DNA from: Asterias rubens
Taxonomy: Eukaryota
NCBI RefSeq assembly: GCF_902459465.1
Contig: NC_047070.1
Coordinates: 8,618,001 to 8,682,000 of the forward strand
Length of the DNA stretch: 64,000 bases
Direction of reading: 5' to 3'
Position 1 is the stretch's first letter. Every line of letters starts with the position of its first letter. A program made the position numbers and the translations under genes. This document shows positions 51,817 to 61,925 of the stretch, one piece after another. The notes under the pieces were generated by a model. That model was not told where the DNA came from. It made no database searches and saw only the letters and a list, made by a program, of their open reading frames with translations.

Positions 51817-52203
51817 TTAAAGGCAGTGGACACTATTGGTAATTACTCAAAATAGTTATTAGCATAAAACCTTTTTTGGTGACGAGTAATGGGGAGAGGT
51901 TGATGGTATAAAACATTGTGAGAAACGGCTCCCTCTGAAGGGCCATAGTTTTTGAGAAAGAAGTAACTTTCCAGGAATTTGATTTCGAGACCTCAGATTT
52001 AGAACTTGAGGTCTCGAAATCAACCATCTAAACGCACACAACTTTGTGTGACAAGGGTGTTTTTTTCTTTCATTATTATCTCACAACTTCGATGACTGAT
52101 TGAGTTTGAATTATCACAGGTTAGTTATTTTATGCATATGTTGAGATACACCAACTGTGAAGGCTAGTCTTTGATAATTACCACAAGTGTCCACTGCCTT
52201 TAA
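51817..52203. mobile_element. MITE family A, orientation B
   Basis: TTAA flanks; an empty-site paralog lies nearby (see findings). Confidence 0.88.
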
Positions 52204-52586
52204 GACAGAGGACTTGCACTATATCTTAAAATGACTATAGGGACAATACATTCATGACTGCTATCACAAGGACAACAATAGGTGAAAAGAGAAGAATGAA
52301 ACTTTTGTTTTAAGAGTACATTATAACAAATGAGTACTCCGCAAAGCATAATATGCAAAAAAGCTGTGTGTGTGTACTTGACATTAAGACAGAGGACTTA
52401 CAGTATACTTTAAAATGACATTAGGGACAATAAATTCATGATTGCTATCACAACGAAAACAATAGGTCAAACGAGGTTTGCGAAGATACTACACAATAAA
52501 TCTTTTATGATACATGTATAATTACACCATCCGCCCGTGGAATTCACTGCCCAAGCAAGTTATTGAGTCACCAACTCTGGATGTCT

Positions 52587-52951
52587 TTAAAGGAACGTGT
52601 TGCCTTGGATTGGACGAGTTGGTCTTTAAAAAGCGTTTGTAACCGTTTTTTATAAAATGCATACATGGTTGGAAAGATGTTTTAAAAGAAGAATAAAATG
52701 ATCCACACAAATTTGCCTCGAAATTGCGAGGTTTTCCTTTTACTGTGGGAACCAACACAGTCGGTCATTTATGGGAGTTAAAAGTGGCCGACCGTGTTAA
52801 ACGGAAAACCATGCAATTTCGAGGCATGTTTGTGTGGATCATTATATTATACTTTTACAACATCTTTCTACCCGTATGCATTTTATAACAAACAGTTACA
52901 AATGCTTTTCAAAGACCAACTCACCCGATCCAAGGCAACGTGTTCCTTTAA
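52587..52951. mobile_element. TTAA MITE family B (near-palindromic)
   Basis: TTAAAGGAACGTGTTGCCTTGGAT...ATCCAAGGCAACGTGTTCCTTTAA. Confidence 0.85.
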
Positions 52952-53488
52952 GACCAGACTGAATGGCGTCACCTTCAGCTAATTACCCATCCCCCACACA
53001 AAATGCTTAAATGCTTTGACTTGCACAGTATGCGTACATGTTTCTTTTTGTGCCTTGAGTTTATACCTGCACCTGCTAAGAGTAGTTTGCACCTCAACCA
53101 ATGTGCGAGTATACTCCAGAGGAGGTTTCTGCACAGTACGTATGGGAAGATGATGATGATGATGATCAGTGTGCTCAGATATCTTCAGGAAAATGGAGAC
53201 GATCAAAGCATGAAGGCGATCAAAGTGCACTGATCGAAACGTTGAGTTGGTAAACCACTCGCTCTTTTCAGAACCACCACAACTCATTGTTATTTATAAG
53301 TTAAGTGACTCATCACACACATGGCGTCTTCGTAAAACCTCAATCAATTGTATCTTCACCATGCAAAGTTTCAAATACTATTGAAAACTATGGGTACCAC
53401 GTTTGTCAACACACCTCTTCATTCTTGAATCTTGGCTAATCAGCTTTAAAGGGGTAAATAGACTTAATGCAATAACTTAAAGGATAAC

Positions 53489-53873
53489 TTAAAGGGAAGG
53501 TACACGTTTGGTAATTGTCAAAGATCAGTCTTCTCACTTGGTGTATCCCAACATAAGCATAAAATAACAAGCATGTGAAAACTTGGGCTCAATTGGTCAT
53601 CGAAGTTGCAAGAAAATGATGAAAGAAAAACACCCTTGTTGGATGAATTTGTGTGCTTTCAGATAAGAATAAAAGACTTTTAGCTAGAAGTCTTTTATTA
53701 ATATTAGTTTAGTGAGAAATTACATCTTTCTCAAAAACTACGTTACTTCAGAGGGAGTCGTTTTCCACAATGTTTTATACTATCAACAGCTCTCCATTGC
53801 TCTTTATCAAGTCAGTTTTCAATTAAGTTAATATTTGTTTTGAGTAATTACCAAAAGTGTACCTTCCCTTTAA
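53489..53873. mobile_element. MITE family A variant (GGGAAGGTACAC termini)
   Basis: Same interior with a different TIR tip; TTAA flanks. Confidence 0.8.
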
Positions 53874-53907
53874 GAAACATGCAATTTGTGGTTTATCCTA
53901 CACTCTT

Positions 53908-54303
53908 TTAAAGGAACACGTTGCCTTGGATCGGACGAGTTGGTCTTTGAAAATCGTTTGTAATCGTTTGTTATAAAATGCATATGGATAGAAAGATGTT
54001 GTAAAAGTAGAATACAATAATCCACACAAACATGCCTCGAAATTGCACGGTTTTCCTTTTACCTCGTTGACTAACACGGTCGGCCATTTATGGGAGTCAA
54101 ATTTTTGACTCCAATAAATGGCCGACCGTGTTAGTTCGTGACGTAAAAGGAAAACCACGCAATTTCGAGGCAAACTTGTGTGGATCATTGTATCCTACTT
54201 TTAAAACATCTTTCCAACCATATGGTTGAGCATTTTATAACAAACGGTTTCAAACGCATTTTATAGACCAACTCGTCCGATCCAAGGCAACATGTTCCTT
54301 TAA
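53908..54303. mobile_element. TTAA MITE family B, second copy
   Basis: Same TIRs; the element folds back on itself around gggagtcaaatttttgactcc. Confidence 0.85.
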
Positions 54304-54410
54304 GTTTATATTTGGCTGAGTCATGCAACTCTGACATAATCAGGAAACTGTTTTGAAACTGCTATTCACATCTAGACCCAGTAACTGGGGCTAATTCACA
54401 CCATACTCAC

Positions 54411-54459
54411 CATCTATAATTTGAACATCGTCAGACGAGCTTCTCCTTCGGCGCATCAT
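54411..54459 (-). CDS. RNF4: RNF4 coding exon 1 (MMRRRRSSSDDVQIID)
   Basis: Exon 54411-54477 with tttttgtacag acceptor and G|GTGAGT donor. Basic NLS-like stretch plus SIM-like VQIID. Confidence 0.85.
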
Positions 54460-54699
54460 TTTCAAATGAGGAACTATCTGTACAAAAAAACGGAAGAGGA
54501 AACAATGTTAGTTGTTACAACATTCATTGCTATTAAACTTTAATTTACAGATTTTAAACTATAAAAACCTTTCTTCTACGGAAAACATTGGTCATAAGAA
54601 ATGTTTAAATCTTTATTAGAAAGCTGTTATCTATGAGCAAATTATAAACAATAAAACTATTGAGTTCTATTCTACACTACAAAGTTCAAGTTATTATGG

Positions 54700-56970
54700 T
54701 TATTAATATTATGGCCCGAAAAATGGGCGTGCAGTGGTTTGCAGGTTTGCACCTCGCACACACTGTCACAGCCAATGGGAGCCGGCTTGTGACACTTCAA
54801 ATTGCAAATTATCTGATTGGTAAATCGTAAAATAAAAATGAATTCTAGATGTGTTGGTCGCGGAGGTCATTCTTTCTTCATTCATTCATTCATTCATTCA
54901 TTCATTGCGCTGGCTGGCAATCGCCCCCCTCGCTCGCTCCAGCACCAACTGAGCTATGATGCTATGACAATGAGTATGCCTCCCCTAAAATCTAAATTGG
55001 ACTTCGCAGTGGCAACAAATAAACCATCATAGGGTACAAAATGCAATAAAAGTATTTTATTTTCTGAAGTATAAATTACCCACAGAATTTCTGGTAAAAA
55101 GCCGACTCAGCTGTGTGTGTGTGCAGCAGACGATCTCTCCCAACTCCAAAATAAATACGTGAAATAAAGGTGACAGCTTATTACTAAATCGTATCGACTC
55201 AAATGATAATTCTTGCGCACTACGTTTCTTTAAAGGAACAGCTTTAAAGATGTGTGTAGCCTACATGTACTGTTCGCATTTTCGCCTGAGATGAATATAA
55301 AAACAATATAACTTTTAAAACATTAACTTTGTCCTTTGAGGAGCTGCATACACAAAAATATATATAACTTGAATGAAACAACACCTTTAAATTAATTTGA
55401 CCTAAACCTGGTGCGTTTTTTATTGAGAAAAAAAACACCTGTGATATAGAGTGGGTCCCGGGTAGAGCGTCCTCTTCTGAACCATCATCATTCAGCCCAT
55501 CTAATGTTGTTTGAAAAAATGATGTAAGTAGTTTATGAACAAAAGACTCGATAGGCTGATTTCACAGTCCATTATAATACATTGGTCGGGATCCAGTGCT
55601 GCGTGAGAAAAAACCGTCCCCTCGTCGTATGGAGGAAAGCCCGCGCTCCCTTCGAATTCGAATCCCCTTCCTTCAGCCCTGAACCATCTGCCAGGGTTCC
55701 TACCCTCCGCATCATCATTGGAGGAGGAGGAGGAGGGTTGGGTATTTGAAAAAGTTGCTCTACCATTAGTAATCTTAAAAGTGATCCGACATGAATTACA
55801 CCCTGCAATGTGCTTCTGTGTTTCTTACCCAAAACAGACGTCGGGAGGCAAAGCTGAGATGATAAAATCGTTGAAACTGAAGTCATCAATTCATCAAGTT
55901 ATTAACTTTGGTTTTTACCCGTGACTGCATACTCAGCCTTCGAGTCTTGTGAACAAAAATTATCACAGGCATATGTTCATCAAGCCTGTAAGCACAAACA
56001 AGTTCTAAGCACAGAAAAAAATGCTTAGCCAGAAAATGTAAGCCAAATGATTTTCTACTAAACAGTTAACTATGAAATTTTGCCATAGGCCCGAATTCAT
56101 AACAAACTGCTTAGCACATACAAACTACTCAGCAAAACTTGGTTACCAGCTGAAAGTCCATAAGTTTACGTTGTCGTGACATGGTGCCCCACCCATTTTA
56201 AGCAAGCAGAAACTAGTAATTGTTGGCCACTCTTCTCCCTGCGTTCTCTTGGGCAGTGCAAATTCGATGACCAATTTGAGCCCTGAGGCGAATTTTTTTT
56301 CATGTGACATTTCTTTACTCATTTCTCAAAAACTACAACACCTTAGTAAGTAATATTTTTAAGGAAGCTTTTTACTATCATTATCTTCAAACTGTGTAAG
56401 AATGTGAATCTGTGGACATTGTGTTTTGTGTATTGAGACCCTTTCCCCAAAAAATCAAAAATTTCATAATTATCTGTAAAATAAAAATGGTCAAAATGTC
56501 TAGAAAGTATGATCCTTTGCCAAAAAAGAATAGAATATTTTTTACAAACAAGTCATCCTTCTTTCCCGACGGTCTACTGGCTGCAGACCAGTGTCCCCTA
56601 CCCTTTTAAATCTGACAGGAGGGCCGGGCACTTCGCAGGGTTAAGTCTAATTGACAGCTTTGTGAAATTGGGCCCTGTCGGTCTGCTCCTTTAACGCTAG
56701 CTTAATCATCATTGTGGTCACTACAGTTTAGCCAAATTCCGGAATGTTCGTTTGTTGCATTCTTTACTCCACATATTGACGTCAGTAAAAAGCTCGTTCA
56801 AAAATATACTTTTTATTACATATTTCTTACTTTAATTTCACCCAAAGTCCTCCTAAGAAAGGTATGTTACATGGAACTGACTTGATATATTTTCGTTATG
56901 CCTGATTGTTCTGAAAGTTTTGCTACTTAAGTAAAAAACATTTCGATGGGCAGACGCCATATTGGATTGA
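54700..56970. promoter_or_regulatory. Probable bidirectional promoter region between RNF4 and the FAM193-like gene
   Basis: Divergent start codons at 54459 and 57104. CpG-richer sequence, CCAAT boxes (~54773, ~54816), TGACGTCA at ~56778. Candidate 5'UTR donors at 55079 or 55828 (minus) and 56971 (plus); the TSSs are not resolvable. Confidence 0.55.
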
Positions 56971-57103
56971 GTAAGGCTCAGTGACAAACTGGCCTACACA
57001 GCAGTGTAAAATTGATCTAGAATTACGCTGAATTCTTTCTGATATCCAATAATTATACTCAAATGACTGCCTGATACCTTAAGTGGCACATCTGACCATC
57101 AAA

Positions 57104-57214
57104 ATGAGCACATCAGATATGAAGAGGAGTAAACGGAGACGGAATAAACGGGGTGGTGGTGCCGTTAGTGGCAAACCCAGTCGGCAACAAAAGCAAGCAG
57201 GAATAGGCGATCAG
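57104..57214 (+). CDS. FAM193A: Probable FAM193-family protein, coding exon 1 (MSTSDMKRSKRRRNKRGGGAVSGKPSRQQKQAGIGDQ)
   Basis: aaaATGA start, CAG|GTAGGC donor. Resembles, from recall, the long-isoform N-terminus of vertebrate FAM193A (MSPADAKRGAKRRKNKRGGG); adjacent to RNF4 as in human. Confidence 0.6.
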
Positions 57215-57902
57215 GTAGGCTATGCTGCACTTACAAATTTGTATTTAGGAAACAACGAACTGTAGTTAATTTTAATGATATTTTCTTACTGTATTATTTT
57301 TTAAGTGTCTATAATAAATGAAGATTGTGAGATTAATACACATTTTTGAAGAGGAGATCTGGTATAGAAAGATTGACGAAAGCACTTGCATTGCATTTGC
57401 AATGTTGTAATTGTTATTGTCCACTCTTGTTGAATAATTCCAAAATTCACTTTGCAGATGACTGCCAGCCCCAGAGTGCTGTATGCAATACCCAGCATAG
57501 CTAGCTCAATTCTACCTCCATGCTCATACAGTGCTACTACTATTGAAGTGAATTTAAATTGAAAGTCAGTCACTAGGGTGCCTTATTTTGTGCCTACCCT
57601 AGAAAACTCAAGAAGTCCCAGACAGCCCCCTTCTTATTTATAAGTATAACAAAGGCAATGTTTTGTGACGACTGGACATGCTGGACCATGGACTTAGTCT
57701 TAGCTGAGGTCGTGCAACGGTCTGTACATGTACATGTATGGGTCCTCTCTTTCTGCTGAGGTTTGTTCCACTATTATGTCTCGGAACAAACCTCGTAATA
57801 ATACTAGTAGGCCAGAGGCCAATAGGCACAGTTTTAGGAGCCATACATCCATTTTGTATGATTGTTGGAGTGACTTTTTAATAAAAAATAGCTGTCTCAT
57901 TC

Positions 57903-58566
57903 GGTCTTCCTAAAAGCCGATAACAAGCCGACAACGCCGACAACAAGTCCAGAGCGCCGACAACACGCCGACAACAAGTTTTAAATACCTCAAATGAAAA
58001 ATAAACCATGGATATTATTAGAAATATGTGTGCTTTGTAATACAAACATAAATTTAATGGAAAGACTTAACGAAAAGTGTGAATTTTTAACCAGAAAATA
58101 AACTTAACTTTCAGACACCATCTTGGCTTAAAAACCGTGTTTGGACCAGTCCATTATGATGCGGGTAAGACAGATTTAGCAATAGAGGGCGCGCGGCGTC
58201 ATATAAAAACTTTCAACTGTTCACACTGCAGTGAAGGTCTTCACATGACGCCTGCCCTCTATTGTTAACAAGTGCTAAATCTACCCGTATCATAATGGAC
58301 TGGTCAGAACATGGTTTCTAAGCCAAGATGGCGGCTGACCGCTTTCCTTGCAAGTGAAGTTTTTTTTCTGGTTAAAAATACGCACTTTTCGTGAAGTTTT
58401 TCTCTTAAATTTATGTTTATATTACAAAGCACACATAGGCCTACATGTATTTCTAATATATATATGGTTTATTTGCCATTTTCAGAGGTATTTACAACTT
58501 GTTGTCGGCGTGTTGTATGCGCCTCTGGACTTGTTGTCGGCTTGTTGTCGGCTTTTAGTAGGACCC
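57903..58566. mobile_element. ~660-bp foldback (palindromic) element, Mutator-like
   Basis: Arms complementary over most of the length; subterminal GCCGACAAC repeats; 8-9-bp TSD gtctcatt(c/t). Confidence 0.8.
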
Positions 58567-58848
58567 GTCTCATTTTAATGGTTAATTGGAACATTATAAC
58601 AAAATAAAACTGTATACAGTATGTTTTGTTAATCTTTGAGTGTCAAGGCATCCATTAGTTACATTGTAAATAAAATGAAAGACAATACATTCCACTGAAC
58701 TAACTAACTCAACAATGGTTGAAAAGAATGTGATGTTATTTTTTAAAACCAAACGTTAGCTTGTTATAAGTTATTCTACAATTCAAATGTGTCACAGAGG
58801 AGCACTAAATGAAATTTTTTAGTAAGACTTACGGGTGCTGGCAAGTAA

Positions 58849-59096
58849 TTAAGGCCATTGGACACTTTCGGTATTGTCCAAGGCCCACACTTTGTGTGTC
58901 CCAACTTACATATAAAATAACAAACCTGTGAAAATTTAGGCTCAATCGGTCATCGGAGTCTGGAGAAAATAACGGGAAAACCCACCCTTGTTTCCGCACG
59001 TTTCGCCGTGTCATGACATGTGTAAACCCTGTAGGTTTTTTGTAAATCTGTGAACTTTTGATTTTTTTCTGTTCCGAAAGTCTCCAATGGCTTTAA
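58849..59096. mobile_element. Shorter TTAA MITE related to family A
   Basis: TTAAGGCCATTGGACAC...CCAATGGCTTTAA; shares the ACAAACCTGTGAAAATTT block. Confidence 0.65.
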
Positions 59097-59631
59097 GGGG
59101 AGGTGTTGCAGTAACCTATCCCATGCTAAGTACATGTAGCCAATACTCTGGACTCCAAATTCCGTTGACTCTTTCTGCAGATTGTGTGCACTCTACTAAG
59201 TTTTTAATTGACAAAAAAGGAAGAGGGGAAGAAAAGGAGGAAAAAACTTACAAATTTTACCTACATACCATGTCCAATTAATAATTTTATACAGTATGTA
59301 ATTGTAGTGTCACTGTCAGGAAGAAATAATTGCACTGTGTTGATGTTTTGTTTGATGATTTAGTTTTTAAAGGATTCTGCTGATATATTAGGGCAAGGCA
59401 ATTTTTCCTTGTAGCACCTCTTTCACTCAACAATTGTACTGGAACATTTCAAATAGCACCAAGGCAATGTCAATGGACAGTGGTATGGAGGCAATTGCCT
59501 CTGGGGCCTAGCCTGTTAAGTAGAACATGTATCAGGTCCTGATTTTGGGTGTTTTTTTTTTTTTTTAAAGCCAAATGATTTTTTTCACAGCAACACGATT
59601 TATTAATTTCTTATGGGCGTGTACCCATTAT

Positions 59632-60012
59632 TTAAAGGCAGTGGACACTATTGGTAATTGTCAAAGACTAGCCTTTACAGTTGATGTATCATCTCAACAT
59701 ATGCATAAAATGACAAACCTGTGAAAATTTGAGCTCAATTGGTCATCGAAGTTGCGAGATAAGAATGAAAGAATAAAACGCCCTTATCACCCGGAGTTGT
59801 GTGCGTTTAGATTCGAGACCTCAAGTTCTAAACTTGAGGTCCGAAATAAAATTCGTGGAAAATTACTTCTTTCTCGAAAACTATGGCACTTCAGAGGGAG
59901 CAGTTTCTCACAATGTTTTACACCATCAACCTCTCCCCATTACTCATCACCAAGAAAGGTTTTATGCTAATAATTATTTTGAGTAATTACCAATAGTGTC
60001 CACTGCCTTTAA
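59632..60012. mobile_element. MITE family A, orientation A
   Basis: Same TIRs, TTAA flanks. Confidence 0.85.
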
Positions 60013-60885
60013 CAAAACCCTCCCAATTCGATACACCTGTGGCACGGATTTTGCTGAAAATTGCATGTTTTTGTTTATTGTCGAAGTCAGTTGATAAATG
60101 TCAAAGTCTTTCAGTTGCCATTGAAAAAAAAGTTGCAACCACACTCAAATTAACTCTTTCTCTTAAACTGTGTTACTTTATAATGTAGAGTGTCACATAC
60201 ATTAAGGTTTATCGCGAATAGCAAAATATCAAGAGAGGGCACTGTTGAACCCACACAAAGGTATAGGCGTTGTGAGCGCGAGTCGTAGAAACTGCATAGA
60301 AACCCCCCCCCCCCATATTCCTTCCCACAACGCATTGCGGTTCTGATACGCGATAAACCTTATGTAAGTTTTTCAAAGAACTTTATGTAGGTAAATAAAA
60401 AGAAAACCAATATTGTACAGGTGGATGCTAACTCATTTGTAACTTAGTAGAATCTTTAGAATAAATGAATTAAATAATGATAGGTGAGAGTTTCCTCAGA
60501 AATGGCAGTATACATGTACAGGTATGTACACAGACTGACACTGATTTCAGTAGGGGTGGTGTATTTACAAATGTAGCTCAGTCCAATTGACCAACCGTAT
60601 TAAGCCCCACCCACAATTAGGCAGTGGTGGTTGTATCCGATATGTCAGGCATGTACGTAATTACATGCAGGCCATGAAGGATACGACCTCCATTACCCGT
60701 GGTATTGGCCTTGCTTTTTGGTGCCCCTTTAAAAGTTTCCCATTGACTTTAAGATTTGTATTATTTTACTTGAAAAATCCATGTACAAAATATAAATCAT
60801 AGTCTTATATTTTTAAAGGTCTAGTTTGGAGGTGTTGTTGATTGTTTATTTATATTATTGTTGGTTTGTCTTTAATCCTTCCCAG

Positions 60886-60948
60886 ATACTAACAGCTGCC
60901 AAAGTGTCCACTACATTGTCTGAGTTGGATCTTGACAACATTCCACAG
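60886..60948 (+). CDS. FAM193A: Probable FAM193-like coding exon 2 (ILTAAKVSTTLSELDLDNIPQ)
   Basis: Strong acceptor (tttgtctttaatccttcccag) and CAG|GTATGC donor; 63 nt, phase 0/0, open in frame with exon 1. Confidence 0.55.
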
Positions 60949-61065
60949 GTATGCAATTCATGTAGTTCATTATGTACTTCATTACTCAAACCCATGAGAT
61001 ATGAGATTGCTGAAAATTACATAGTTCGTTACTACATGGAAGTGTCCTGGCCGAGCAGTAAAGAG

Positions 61066-61311
61066 CACTCACTCACTCACTCAGTCGACCCAAGTTGTCG
61101 CGTTGCCGCATGTTTGAGTCGGACTCTATGTCTGACACGCCACACAACTCTATCCTGCATACAGAGCTGATTTGCTCCTCCTTGTTGATTACTCCGGCGT
61201 CTTCAATCAGGGTCTTGAGCATGGTCTTGGTGGGTCTTCCAGGGCCGCGCCTTCCGTGAGTGGGCTCCCACACGATGACTTTATTGGCTGGTAGCTCTGG
61301 GTGCCGTAGAC
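61066..61311 (-). mobile_element. RTE-clade LINE 3' end fragment
   Basis: RHPELPANKVIVWEPTHGRRGPGRPTKT (W-x-P...G-x-R-x-x-GRP motif of the RTE ORF C-terminus); (GAGT)n tail. Confidence 0.75.
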
Positions 61312-61507
61312 AGGTTAAGAGCACCGAATTCAAACTCGGTGTTTCTGATCAGCAGAGTGTGGTTCAAATCCATAATGTCCTTAAGCAAGGAACTTAACCA
61401 TTGCTTCGTCCTTCGGATGGGACGTAAAGCCGTTCGTCCCATGTGTTGTCCCATGTAAAAGAACCCAGTGCACTAATCGAAAAGAGAAGGGGTTCGCCCG
61501 GTGTTCC
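61301..61507 (+). mobile_element. SINE family b, 5' part
   Basis: ggttaagagcaccgaattc...cttaaccattgcttcgtccttcggatgggac...gagaaggggttcgccc. Confidence 0.8.
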
Positions 61508-61560
61508 ATTGCACATGTACATTGTTAAGAACCAACATTATTCAAAAACAGATATTCACA

Positions 61561-61925
61561 AAAATAATAATAATAATAATAATTCACTCTTGTAGAGCGC
61601 ATTCCGTCAAAGACAGACCCCAATGCGCTGTACAGGCATGATAACAAACATACAAAGAATACTACTTAAACTACATTAATATATACAACTATAGGCAAAG
61701 GAAAGTACGCCTATGTGAGATAGCTGGCAGGATATTGAAAAAGTCACTGAGTGAGCAGATGAGTTTTAAGTGATTTCTTGAATAGATCCAGTGAGTGAGC
61801 ATTTCTAATATGTATTGGAAGCCGGTTCCAGAGTTCGGGAGCTGTGTATGAAAATGATCTCTGGCCATACATGTATGTGACAGTGTTGACAGTTCTACGT
61901 AGTAAAGATTTCATTGGTGCTGTGG
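61561..61925 (-). mobile_element. L2/CR1-group LINE 3' end
   Basis: YGQRSFSYTAPELWNRLPIHIRNAHSLDLFKKSLKTHL is the typical L2 ORF2 end; followed by a CAGCGCATT...AATGCGCT stem-loop and (ATT)n. Confidence 0.85.
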
